Shown here piece after piece: positions 9,882 to 19,637 of a DNA stretch of 64,000 nucleotides. The notes below the pieces were generated by a model. The model was not told where the DNA came from. It saw only the letters and a list, made by a program, of their open reading frames with translations, and made no database searches. The number at the start of each line of letters is the position of its first letter. Position 1 is the first letter of the stretch. Position numbers and translations under genes: made by a program. Origin of the DNA: Deltaproteobacteria bacterium (GTDB taxonomy: Bacteria; Myxococcota; SpSt-1050). The stretch covers positions 12,153 through 76,152 of the forward strand of contig JAOAFA010000121.1 of assembly GCA_026416535.1 (NCBI GenBank), read 5' to 3'.

Positions 9882-10994
9882 ATGATAATAGGAGTACCTA
9901 AGGAGATCAAAGTTAAGGAATTTAGAGTTGGGATGGTGCCTGCAGGTGTGAAGCAATTTGTGGAGGCAGGACATAAAGTATTTGTTCAAAAAGGTGCAGG
10001 GGAAGGAAGTGGGATATCTGACGAACAGTATATAGCCGCAGGGGCTAAAATTCTTGATACAGCAAAAGAGGTCTGGGAAAAGGCTGATATGATAGTGAAG
10101 GTAAAGGAACCACAGGAGAGTGAATACAAGTTTTTTAGAGAAGGACTGGTAATCTATACTTATTTTCATCTTGCAGCTGAGCCAACTCTGACAAAGGCTT
10201 TGCTAAAGGCTAAGATCACAGCCATAGCTTATGAGACTATTGAGCTTGAGGACCACAGTCTACCTCTTCTGCGCCCAATGAGTGAGATCGCTGGGAGAAT
10301 GTCCATTCAGGTAGGTGCATTATCTTTGCAGAAAGAACATGAGGGGAAGGGTGTGTTATTAGGAGGCGTCCCAGGTGTAAAGAAGGCAAAGGTTACCATT
10401 ATTGGTGGTGGAACTGTCGGGACAAACGCAGCAAAAATGGCGATAGGGTTAGGAGCAGATGTAACCATATTGGATATTGATCTACAGCGGCTTGTGTACT
10501 TAGATGATATATTTGGTTCGAGGGTCCAAACGCTTTATTCCAATCCAACCAATATTGAAGAATCAGTCCTGACATCGGATTTAGTAATAGGAGCAGTTTT
10601 GGTCCCCGGCGCAAGGGCACCTATCCTTGTTCCAGAGTCAATGGTAAAGAAGATGAGTGAAGGCTCTGTAATCGTGGATGTTGCAGTGGACCAAGGGGGA
10701 TGTATTGAGACAGTAAAGCCTACTACACATGAAAATCCAACATTTAAAAAACATGGTGTGGTTCACTATTGTGTTGCTAATATGCCGGGGGCAGTAGCAA
10801 GGACCTCCACATTTGCTCTGACTAATGCCACTACGAGCTGGGGTTTGATCTTGGCAAATCTCGGTGTTGAGAAGGCAATCAAAAGATATAAGCCACTCGA
10901 ACTTGGAGTAAATTGTTACAAAGGCGCATTAGTATATAAGGCGGTTGCTGACTCACTCGGTTTAGAATATACTCCACTTAAAGATGTAATGTAA
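9882..10994 (+). CDS. ald: Alanine dehydrogenase
   Basis: MIIGVPKEIKVKEFRVGMVPAGV...VTIIGGGTVGTNAAKMAIGLGADVTILD is a strong Ald/PntA-type signature. RBS AAAGGAGG 5 nt upstream of the ATG at 9882. The ORF-track start at 9858 lacks an RBS. Confidence 0.9.
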   Translation: MIIGVPKEIKVKEFRVGMVPAGVKQFVEAGHKVFVQKGAGEGSGISDEQYIAAGAKILDTAKEVWEKADMIVKVKEPQESEYKFFREGLVIYTYFHLAAEPTLTKALLKAKITAIAYETIELEDHSLPLLRPMSEIAGRMSIQVGALSLQKEHEGKGVLLGGVPGVKKAKVTIIGGGTVGTNAAKMAIGLGADVTILDIDLQRLVYLDDIFGSRVQTLYSNPTNIEESVLTSDLVIGAVLVPGARAPILVPESMVKKMSEGSVIVDVAVDQGGCIETVKPTTHENPTFKKHGVVHYCVANMPGAVARTSTFALTNATTSWGLILANLGVEKAIKRYKPLELGVNCYKGALVYKAVADSLGLEYTPLKDVM

Positions 10995-11427
10995 TTTTAT
11001 ACAAAACATTATTTGTCGTTTTCTAACGTAAAGCCATTTTACACATTTTAGTAATTTCTTCGGTCTCATAAACAGATACCTGGTAATTCAGTTTTAGTAT
11101 TCGTAAATTAATACACAACCTCATCTGTCCGACATAGATTTTAACTATGATCTCATTTTTTTCCTTCTTAAGTAAATCTTAAGTTGTTAAATGATCTAAA
11201 ACCTTTGTTATAAAAAAATCTGTGAGGGGAGAATAGATATTCTTTTGTGTTACTCTTTGTATGCTTCAAAGAGGTATACAAATGCTTATTTAATTTAAAT
11301 TTAGTTCAAGCAAAAAACTTGACATGCGCTTATTGTGTAATATTTTACATATTGTGTGTAAAAAGATGGTGTAATCTTTACCAGTGAGTGCGTTGATCTT
11401 TTAAGTTAACTAAAGAGGTCATGCCTA

Positions 11428-12987
11428 ATGAAGAAAGTGAATTCTTTTGAGTATCTGTTTTGTGGTGGGGACAGTGTTCTGCTAGAGAATATTCAGAGGT
11501 ATTTAGAGAGTAAAGGTATATACCCTTTTTACAGACAGGTCAGAGATGAGAATGAATTTAAAAAGGCTTTAGATGAAAAATCCTGGGATATAATTTTTAT
11601 CGATAGCGAGAGTCTTGAACAGGATGTTGAGGATTTCCTTAAGTATAAGGACGACACGACATTTTTATCTTTTGTCCTTTTTGTGGAGAGTATAGATGTA
11701 GATAAATTAGTATTTTTAATGAAGAAAGGGTTAGATAATGTTTTGCTTAAAGGTAAAATTATTGAGGACCTTCACAATATAGTGGAAGGTGAGCTCCAAA
11801 ATATTGAAATAAAAAGAAAGGTGTCGCAGCTTAGGCTTTTGGGGGAGAATATTAAAAAATATGAATTAATAAGGAGATTTTCTGGGAATGTCTCTCATAG
11901 AATTAACAATATGCTTATGGTTGTTTTGAACACAGCCGCCTTTATCGCAGAAGATAGGTCACTCCCTTCTCATCTTAAAGAGGATGTAGAACAGATAGTG
12001 AGAATCAGTAAAAAGGGACAGGAGTTTGCCCATAATCTTCTTAAAGTTGCAAGTGGGGCAGTTTTGAATCCTAGTGTTATAGAGATAAATTCCTTCCTTA
12101 AGAGTGTGGCCAATTCCATAAGGAACAATATTGGGAATAATTTGGAGCTTAATATAAAGAGGGTGCAGACATCGGGTGAGATAAAAGTGGATCAAGGCTT
12201 ACTTACCGAGGCATTTGGATATCTCATACAGCATCTAAAGAATCTCATGATCGGCACTGGAACCATAGAGATTGAATGTGAGATCCTCAATTTTGAGGAT
12301 GGAGATGAATTTTTGAAGATGACCGGACTAAAATCTGGTGAATACATTCAAATAGCCATTGGATGTCGTACTAAAGATGTGTCTAGTGATGAGATTGCAC
12401 GGATATTCGAGCCATTTTATGTTGACTCTGAATTGCTAAGGGGTGAAGGTCTTGGCCTCTCTCTAAGTTTTGGAATTATTTGGGAACATAATGGTATTAT
12501 AGATATTGAAGGTGGAAAGGGTAAAGGCACAAGATTTTTGGTGTATCTCCCTCTTTTTAAGAGAGATTCAAAAGAGATATTGATTCCGAGGAGCTCGGGA
12601 TATTTCCATGTCTCAAAAGGGACGGTGTTGATTGTTGAAGATGATGAGGAAGTAAAGAATATTTTGATTAGGATATTTGGTGAAGAAGGATATAATGTGA
12701 TAGACGCAGCAGACGGGCTAGGTGCACTTGTCCTTTTGCAAAGATTGAAACCAACAGATCTATCAATGCTCGTAACTGATGTTATTATGCCAAAGATGGG
12801 GGGACTGGAGCTCGCAAGAGAGGTTAGAAAAAAATATAAAGATTTGAAAGTGGTATTCATATCTGGTTTTCCAGATAACGACCAGGAAATATTGAGATTC
12901 GAGAATTCAATATTTATTCAAAAACCTGTTACCAAAGAGATATTAATGAACAGAATAAGGTATTTTATCTCCACAACTGATAAATAA
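11428..12987 (+). CDS. Hybrid sensor histidine kinase (degenerate N-terminal receiver-like domain, HisKA/HATPase core, C-terminal REC)
   Basis: H-box RFSGNVSHRINNMLMVV. G-boxes GEGLGLSLSF and GKGKGTRF. C-terminal receiver VLIVEDDEEV...DLSMLVTDVIMPKMGGLEL. Confidence 0.85.
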   Translation: MKKVNSFEYLFCGGDSVLLENIQRYLESKGIYPFYRQVRDENEFKKALDEKSWDIIFIDSESLEQDVEDFLKYKDDTTFLSFVLFVESIDVDKLVFLMKKGLDNVLLKGKIIEDLHNIVEGELQNIEIKRKVSQLRLLGENIKKYELIRRFSGNVSHRINNMLMVVLNTAAFIAEDRSLPSHLKEDVEQIVRISKKGQEFAHNLLKVASGAVLNPSVIEINSFLKSVANSIRNNIGNNLELNIKRVQTSGEIKVDQGLLTEAFGYLIQHLKNLMIGTGTIEIECEILNFEDGDEFLKMTGLKSGEYIQIAIGCRTKDVSSDEIARIFEPFYVDSELLRGEGLGLSLSFGIIWEHNGIIDIEGGKGKGTRFLVYLPLFKRDSKEILIPRSSGYFHVSKGTVLIVEDDEEVKNILIRIFGEEGYNVIDAADGLGALVLLQRLKPTDLSMLVTDVIMPKMGGLELAREVRKKYKDLKVVFISGFPDNDQEILRFENSIFIQKPVTKEILMNRIRYFISTTDK

Positions 12988-13015
12988 GATCGGCACGTCC
13001 CACTTTTTTAAAAAG

Positions 13016-13495
13016 TTATTTATTGCAAAGGGGAAGGCAGGAGTTGATCAATGAAAGTATAGTGGCGGCGTATATTGCTGCAATTATGTCATCAAGTAAT
13101 ACATAAATAGGTTTTTTTATGTTGTTAACTCTGTTTATCGGGAAGGGTTTTAGTATATCAAAGATCCTAAATAATGTGAAACCTACCAGCAAATTAAGTA
13201 AATTCGTGGGAAATAGATAGAGTGGAGAGTACGAGATTAGAATTCCCAGAATTTCATCAAGTACAATTTTGGGTGAATCAACATCATTAAAATGGCCACC
13301 AGCTATATCTACTGCCCAGAGTCCAACGAAAAATAAAGTAGTCAAGGTAAAAAGATAGATCCATAAATTTAGGTGAGATAGGCCTGTGAACAAAAATACG
13401 GCAAAGAGTGAGCCCATTGTACCAGGTGCAAATGGGGAGTATCCTATACCCAGGCCAGTTGCGAATATCACTGCGATCTTTTCAGATAATTGCAT
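13016..13495 (-). CDS. pgpA: Phosphatidylglycerophosphatase A
   Basis: FATGLGIGYSPFAPGTMGSL is the PgpA motif. About 160 aa membrane protein. Its start overlaps the upstream MMPL gene by 14 nt. Confidence 0.8.
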   Translation of the reverse strand: MQLSEKIAVIFATGLGIGYSPFAPGTMGSLFAVFLFTGLSHLNLWIYLFTLTTLFFVGLWAVDIAGGHFNDVDSPKIVLDEILGILISYSPLYLFPTNLLNLLVGFTLFRIFDILKPFPINRVNNIKKPIYVLLDDIIAAIYAATILSLINSCLPLCNK

Positions 13496-15950
13496 CTTTC
13501 TTTCTTTCGATTAGAAAGACCAAGGCTGGCAACACAATTAGCGCGTTGAATATACAGGTCAGTTCGCCAATTAGCGCAATCTTGCCAAATCCTCTTAATG
13601 CTAATGAGTCACCTGTTATAAGAACGCCATATCCTATCTGTGTTGTAAGAGAACAGAGTAAGACAGCTACACCTACTCTGGAGATTACCTTTGTTATGCT
13701 GCCATGACCCTCTTGTTTGTATCGTTGGACAATATTAAATGCATAATCTATTGCTACTCCAAAGGTCATTGGGAGGACAACAAAATTGAAAAAATTGAGT
13801 TTTAAGTCGAATAAGGCTATGGCACCTAGCATCCACGCCACCCCAAATATAAGAGCAGAAAAGACTAGGATAAAAAATTTGAAAGACCTTAGGAGTAATA
13901 AGATAAATAAGAGAACTCCTACAAGAGATGCTAGCGTAGATATAGGACCATCTTTTTCGATGAGCCTTAGGAGGTCGGCAAATACAATTGCGTCTCCGCT
14001 TGACGTTACGATCTTCCCGTTCTCTAATTTTACCTCTCTAATCGTGTCGGTAAATCTAAATAGGTTGGTAGCATTCCATAGATTTTTTCCAGCCGCTGGT
14101 GTTACATATACAAATTTTCCAATCTCTCCTTGCTTATCTGTATACTGCCTTTTTATCTTCTCTGGTAGGTTTTCTATCTCGATCCTCTCCGGGTTTAAGT
14201 ATTTCTTAAAGTCTAAGACTTTTTTTCTATCGTCTTCGTTTAATAGGTTAATGGTCTCATCTTTAAGGAGTTTCTTTATATCTCTGATGATTTCCAATTT
14301 GTCATCTTGGTCCTCAGGTATGTATGAGAGTATTGATTTGCAATCGTTTATCCCGTAGTTTTTTCCTTGTTCCTTCTTCTTTTTGTATAGAGCATCGCAT
14401 ATCATCTTCCCTTCTTCAATGGATTCAGCTAGTATTACTGAGGGGGTGAGGGATGTCCCCATGATTTGACTAACTCTGTGATCAAGGACGGCCGTCCCGG
14501 ATTCCATCGAGGATTTTGTCCTTAGATTTGACATATCGTATTCAAGGGCATTGGGGATAAATTTTATTAGAAGATATACTGAGAGTAGAGTGATAATTGA
14601 ACATACTATGAGGAACGGGACCTTTATTTTGTTGAGATATGGGAGAATAGGTATATCATATTCATTGGAGAATACCTCACCAGTTCTTCGAGATGGAAAT
14701 CTCTTTTCTATGAATACAAGTAGGGCAGGCAACAGTGTATAAGAATAGAACCATGCAAGGAATATCCCTGTTAGTCCTATGAAACCGAATTGTGTAAATG
14801 ATCTCACTTCTGCAAATAAGAATATCCCGAAGGCTATTGCAGTAGTCCCTGAGGCACCAATAGTTCCGATCATTGTCTGTGTAATGGAGTTTTTAAGAGA
14901 TGTCTGTGTATCGTTGCCAAGTCTTCTCTCTTCGTAAAAACGGGCAAGCATTATTATCCCATAATTTATCCCAGTGCCCGCTATTATTGCACCCATAAAT
15001 GCTGTGACAGTATTTACATAGCCTATGACGAAGTATGTTATTGCAAATGTAAGAAAGACGGCAAATGTTATATTGATTCCTATTAATACAACAGTTGTTA
15101 TGTTTCTGAAAAATACGAATATTATGAGACCGATTAATGTTAGACAGAGTAGGGCCGTTCCGAATATATCTTTTTTTAGGGTTTCGTATTCTTCAAGACT
15201 TATCTTGTAAGAGCCGGTGAATGCGAATTTGATCTCCTTGTGGTACTTTTGAGGTTCGAGAGAGTTGATGTCCTTTTCGAGTTGATAAAGGAGTTTCTTT
15301 GACTCATTCATGTCTGTTGACTTACCGGTCGGCTTGGCTATAATTGCTAAGAGTCTACCTTCCTCCCCAGTATAGTAACCATCAATGTACTTTTGATATG
15401 ATTCTGTCTTCTTCTTGTACTTCTCCTCGATATCATCAAATCTTATCTTTGAGTCCTCTTCTATACTGCCGGAGATATCTACGAAGAGAGGATTGTTTTT
15501 CATTTTAATCGCGGTTATTTTCCTATTTAACCTGTTATAGATATCTTCCAGTTCTTCGAGGCTCATATAAAGTGCTGCATTCTTCTCATAAAAATCTTTT
15601 AGTTCATCTACTTTATAATCTATGTATCTAAATTTATCGGAGTACCTCTCTCTTAGAAGTTTGACAATGTCATCAGCAAATCTCTGAGAGGCCTTGACAT
15701 CCGGTGATTCAATGGCAATAAACAGATTACCAGTGCCACCTACCCTCTCGAGGATCTTTTTGAGATCGGAGACCGATTTGAAATGTTCCGGAAGAAGTTC
15801 GACAAAGTCACTTACTAGCCTTAGTTTGGAGGTAACATAGGTAGATAGGACAAACAGAATTAGGAAGATTATTATAAGTAGATTGTGGTTTTTGTATATA
15901 AAGTTGCTATATCTTTCGAGTTTTGTATATATATGTTCGGTCCTGTTCAT
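13482..15950 (-). CDS. MMPL/RND-superfamily exporter (two SSD-like 6-TM halves with periplasmic loops; HpnN/MmpL-like)
   Basis: 822 aa with duplicated 6-TM modules, consistent with the MMPL family. Confidence 0.75.
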   Translation of the reverse strand: MNRTEHIYTKLERYSNFIYKNHNLLIIIFLILFVLSTYVTSKLRLVSDFVELLPEHFKSVSDLKKILERVGGTGNLFIAIESPDVKASQRFADDIVKLLRERYSDKFRYIDYKVDELKDFYEKNAALYMSLEELEDIYNRLNRKITAIKMKNNPLFVDISGSIEEDSKIRFDDIEEKYKKKTESYQKYIDGYYTGEEGRLLAIIAKPTGKSTDMNESKKLLYQLEKDINSLEPQKYHKEIKFAFTGSYKISLEEYETLKKDIFGTALLCLTLIGLIIFVFFRNITTVVLIGINITFAVFLTFAITYFVIGYVNTVTAFMGAIIAGTGINYGIIMLARFYEERRLGNDTQTSLKNSITQTMIGTIGASGTTAIAFGIFLFAEVRSFTQFGFIGLTGIFLAWFYSYTLLPALLVFIEKRFPSRRTGEVFSNEYDIPILPYLNKIKVPFLIVCSIITLLSVYLLIKFIPNALEYDMSNLRTKSSMESGTAVLDHRVSQIMGTSLTPSVILAESIEEGKMICDALYKKKKEQGKNYGINDCKSILSYIPEDQDDKLEIIRDIKKLLKDETINLLNEDDRKKVLDFKKYLNPERIEIENLPEKIKRQYTDKQGEIGKFVYVTPAAGKNLWNATNLFRFTDTIREVKLENGKIVTSSGDAIVFADLLRLIEKDGPISTLASLVGVLLFILLLLRSFKFFILVFSALIFGVAWMLGAIALFDLKLNFFNFVVLPMTFGVAIDYAFNIVQRYKQEGHGSITKVISRVGVAVLLCSLTTQIGYGVLITGDSLALRGFGKIALIGELTCIFNALIVLPALVFLIERKKDAII

Positions 15951-15965
15951 AGTTAGTCCATTTTA

Positions 15966-17912
15966 TTATTTGAGAGATCTCAATTTTTGGTCTGCGAGTT
16001 TATATAAATCGGATGATGGAAGCGTTATTGACTTAATGAAATTTAGTTTTTTTATTGTGCTTTGGATGTCGGTCTTACTTATGACCAGATTTTCATATTC
16101 TTCTTGTGCCACCTTTTCAAGTTTTGAGAAGGCCTTAAGCACGTCTGGGTGTTTAGGACTAATCTTATATGCTGACAAGAATGATGAGAAGGCATCTTCA
16201 TATAATCCCTTATTATAATTTTGAAAGCCTATTTTAATATATACATCGATTAATTGTTTTTCTATATCTTCTCTGAATGCTGAGGGAGGATCTGTTGGCA
16301 CTATCTTTGAATCATTCTCAAGGACTTCTTTGAAGGCACTATCAGCCTGTTTGATATCTCCTTGAAGCATTGCGCTCTGACCTTCTCTATATTTACCTTT
16401 AATCTTAAATATCCTGAGTTGTATCTCTTCAATGCGATCTTTTTGTTTTATGTATTCTTTCTTTTTCAAAAGCTTTGACAATTCTAATAAGGCATTATCA
16501 GGTTTCCCAATGTAATAGTAAACTACTGCCTTGGTTATCTCTTCGTCATTATACATGGGATTTATCAGAGTGAAAGGGTCCTTCTTTATTGTGCCAACCT
16601 CGGACCCTTTTTCGCTATATTGTGCGAGATCTATGGGGGTGAACTTTATCTTCTTCTGTTTCATTATTCTTTCGAGTTCGCGCATTTCACTAATTAGGTC
16701 TGATGAAGAGGGGTTGATCTTGGCTAGTCTGGGAATGTAATCATAAGCCTCTTTATATCGTTTCTGCCTCTTCGCCTTTAACATCTCCGAAAATATTTGA
16801 TTGAATAGTTTGGTATTGATATCTTTCAGTTTTTGAGAGGCGCTTTCGTAATATATTGAGTCGGTAGGTATCTTTGAGAGCATTTCTTTTGCCTCATCCA
16901 ATTTACCAATAGAATATTTCATGTCTCCTGACTCGAGCATATCTCTGTACTTATTTTCGTTCTCTAATCTGCCCTTTAATTTTAACCCCTCATCATTGAT
17001 TGGATCCATGTCAAGTAATTCCCTTAAATACAGTTTGGCAGATGCAAGGTCACCTTTGTCTATATTTTGTTTTACTTTTTCTACAAGTTCTGTGAGCTTT
17101 GAATCAATGGGTGGTTTTTGAGTTTTCTCGTTAAGGGCCATTTGATTTAGTATCTTGTTTTGTTCTGCTCTTTTCTTCAGGGAGCCCGCTACAACCATAA
17201 TAAAGAGCAAAATAAATACGATAGATACAGCAATCACCATGTTTTTGGAGAATGTGAGCCCTCCGAGCTTCAACTCCTTTTTCACTCTTGTTTTAGGTGC
17301 AAGGGTATCTATGAATTCGAATTCTACATCTCCAAATCTGATAATATTTCCGTTCTGCAGTATAGCCTCTTTTATTCTCTTCCCATCTACGAATGTTCCA
17401 TTTGAGGATTCTAGGTCTGATATCTTTACTAACTCTTGACTTGAATCAATTTTTATGACTGAGTGTCTCCTTGAAACGGAGTTGTGGGTAATGACTATAT
17501 GATTTTCATCTATCCTTCCTACAAAAATTTCATCCTCCTCCAGAGGAATAATCTCGTCTTTGAATGGTGGCATCCTGCCCTTGAGATAAAATCGCGGTGG
17601 TTTTCCATCTGTCTCTTCTTCATCGGAATAGATTACATTTAATGTAAACTCGCCTATGTTGATAGGTTCTCCAGGCTTAACTAATGCAGCTTCATTTATT
17701 CTTTTACCCTGAACATATATGCCATTCGAGCTTCCTAAGTCTTCAATAAATACCTGAGAGTCCCACATGTAGATTCTCGCGTGCCTTCTAGATACGGCAG
17801 GTGATGGAAGTACTACATCATTGTCCGAGTCTCTGCCTATTAGCAACTCTCCTTTCGATAGCGAGAATTTTTTATGGCTTCCATCAGGGTATGTGACCAG
17901 TAATTCTTCCAT
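15966..17912 (-). CDS. Bitopic protein with two N-terminal FHA domains, one TM helix and a C-terminal TPR-repeat region
   Basis: FHA domain 1: LLIGRDSDNDVVLPSPAVSRRHARIYMWDSQVFIEDLGSSNGIYV. FHA domain 2: IFVGRIDENHIVITHNSVSRRHSVIKIDS...LESSNGTFV. TM helix MVIAVSIVFILLFIMVVAG, followed by TPR-like repeats. Confidence 0.8.
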   Translation of the reverse strand: MEELLVTYPDGSHKKFSLSKGELLIGRDSDNDVVLPSPAVSRRHARIYMWDSQVFIEDLGSSNGIYVQGKRINEAALVKPGEPINIGEFTLNVIYSDEEETDGKPPRFYLKGRMPPFKDEIIPLEEDEIFVGRIDENHIVITHNSVSRRHSVIKIDSSQELVKISDLESSNGTFVDGKRIKEAILQNGNIIRFGDVEFEFIDTLAPKTRVKKELKLGGLTFSKNMVIAVSIVFILLFIMVVAGSLKKRAEQNKILNQMALNEKTQKPPIDSKLTELVEKVKQNIDKGDLASAKLYLRELLDMDPINDEGLKLKGRLENENKYRDMLESGDMKYSIGKLDEAKEMLSKIPTDSIYYESASQKLKDINTKLFNQIFSEMLKAKRQKRYKEAYDYIPRLAKINPSSSDLISEMRELERIMKQKKIKFTPIDLAQYSEKGSEVGTIKKDPFTLINPMYNDEEITKAVVYYYIGKPDNALLELSKLLKKKEYIKQKDRIEEIQLRIFKIKGKYREGQSAMLQGDIKQADSAFKEVLENDSKIVPTDPPSAFREDIEKQLIDVYIKIGFQNYNKGLYEDAFSSFLSAYKISPKHPDVLKAFSKLEKVAQEEYENLVISKTDIQSTIKKLNFIKSITLPSSDLYKLADQKLRSLK

Positions 17913-17932
17913 GGGGATGTCCTAAATTTTAC

Positions 17933-19621
17933 TTATTTGAAGATAGAAAGATCTAATTCAATCCCTCTTTGCCTGAGTTCATCATAAAATTTTGGGATAA
18001 ACCCTGTTGCAACAAATTCTCCCAGGACTCTCCCATTCTCGTCATATCCCTGTTGTTTAAAAACGAATATGTCTTGCATCGTAATTATATCGCCTTCCAT
18101 CCCTGTAATTTCGGATATATGTGTAACCTTTCTTGAACCGTCCGAAAATCTGGCTTGATGTAGTATTATATTTATAGCGGATGAGACCTGTTCTCTTATT
18201 GCCCTGACAGGAATATCAATGCCGGCCATCAGAACCATGGTCTCAAGTCTTGACAGTGCATCTCTTGGGGAATTTGCATGTATAGTAGTGAGGGAGCCGT
18301 CATGACCTGTATTCATTGCTTGTAGCATATCCAGTGCCTCACCTCCCCTGCATTCCCCAACAATTATTCGGTCTGGTCTCATCCTTAAACAGTTTCTCAC
18401 TAAGTCCCTAATTGTAATCTGACCCTTTCCTTCTATATTTGGGGGTCTTGATTCGAGTTGGACCCAATGTTCTTGTTTTAGTTGCAGCTCTGCTGCATCT
18501 TCCACTGTTATAATCCTCTCATCATTTGGGATAAATTCACTGAGTGCATTTAGGGTTGTTGTCTTTCCGGAACCCGTACCTCCGGAGATAAGTATATTCT
18601 TTCTGTAAAATACGCAGACTTTCAAGAATTCAACCATCTCCTCACTTATAGTATTTGACCTTATCAGGTCATCCATTGTGAGCTTATCTTTTCTAAATTT
18701 TCTTATCGTGATTGTAGGACCTTTAATCGCCAGTGGAGGTATTATAGCATTGACTCTGGATCCATCCTTTAGCCTAGCATCTACAAGAGGGCTTGATTCG
18801 TCAATTCTTCTTCCTAGTGGCGCAATTATTCTCTCTATTGCTCCCATGACTGCCTGGTCAGAAGAAAATGTTTTATCAGTCAGGTATAGTTTACCATCTC
18901 GCTCTATGTAAATCTGTTTTGCACCATTGACCATGATCTCTGTTACTGTTTTATCAGCTATGAACTCTTCAAGAGGTCCGAGTCCTAGTGCCTCATCTAC
19001 GATTTCCTGGATTATTTGTGACTTATCAGCACCTGATGGGAATTGACCCTCTCTTTGAAGGAGTTCTACGATCTCTCTTATTTTTTCTCGAGTTCTTTCA
19101 TAAAGTTCGCTTTCTCCTAATTTAGACAGGTCTAGTCTTTTCAGATCCATAGCCTCTATCAACCTGGAGTGAACTTCTCTCTTGAATGCGGAGATGATCT
19201 CCTCGTTAGGTGCCTTTGACGGTGGCTTTTGAGGCATTGAGGCACTGGGTATCTTAGTATTTTTTTGCGCAGGAGGGATTGGAGGTGGTGGAGGAGGGGT
19301 TCTTTGTTTTATATCATCTGAAGATGCCTTATGAGTAGGTGGTAACAGGACAATCTCGTATTCGCCAATAGATATAATATCATTTGGTTTTACTACCACA
19401 GGCCCATTTATCTGTTTGCCATTTACGAAAGTGCCATTGGTGCTTCCAACATCCATGATTACATACCTACCGTCCTTGATGAGCATTCTTGCGTGTCTCT
19501 TACTAACGCTGGGAACTGCTAGTATGAGATCATTTTCTTGTGCTCTTCCAATAAAGATAGAGGTTTTATTGAGCTCTTGAATCTTTTCAACTCCCTGTCC
19601 GATTATTTTTAGTTTGAACAT
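17933..19621 (-). CDS. cpaF: Tad/Flp-type secretion ATPase (CpaF/TadA family) with N-terminal FHA domain and Pro-rich linker
   Basis: FHA domain SIFIGRAQENDLILAVPSVSKRHARMLIKDGRYVIMDVGSTNGTFV. Linker PPPPPPIPPAQ. Walker A ILISGGTGSGKTTTLNAL. The ATG start (MFKLK) has a GAGG RBS. The ORF-track upstream extension uses TTG. Confidence 0.9.
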   Translation of the reverse strand: MFKLKIIGQGVEKIQELNKTSIFIGRAQENDLILAVPSVSKRHARMLIKDGRYVIMDVGSTNGTFVNGKQINGPVVVKPNDIISIGEYEIVLLPPTHKASSDDIKQRTPPPPPPIPPAQKNTKIPSASMPQKPPSKAPNEEIISAFKREVHSRLIEAMDLKRLDLSKLGESELYERTREKIREIVELLQREGQFPSGADKSQIIQEIVDEALGLGPLEEFIADKTVTEIMVNGAKQIYIERDGKLYLTDKTFSSDQAVMGAIERIIAPLGRRIDESSPLVDARLKDGSRVNAIIPPLAIKGPTITIRKFRKDKLTMDDLIRSNTISEEMVEFLKVCVFYRKNILISGGTGSGKTTTLNALSEFIPNDERIITVEDAAELQLKQEHWVQLESRPPNIEGKGQITIRDLVRNCLRMRPDRIIVGECRGGEALDMLQAMNTGHDGSLTTIHANSPRDALSRLETMVLMAGIDIPVRAIREQVSSAINIILHQARFSDGSRKVTHISEITGMEGDIITMQDIFVFKQQGYDENGRVLGEFVATGFIPKFYDELRQRGIELDLSIFK

Positions 19622-19637
19622 ACGTAACCTCAATACT

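Noticed and set aside
11300-11360. Direct repeats TATTGTGT(G)TAA x2 and a sigma-70-like TTGACA box upstream of the hybrid kinase gene
   Set aside because: Spacing to any plausible -10 hexamer is ambiguous (13-17 nt options). Noted as a possible promoter or operator but too uncertain to annotate as a feature.
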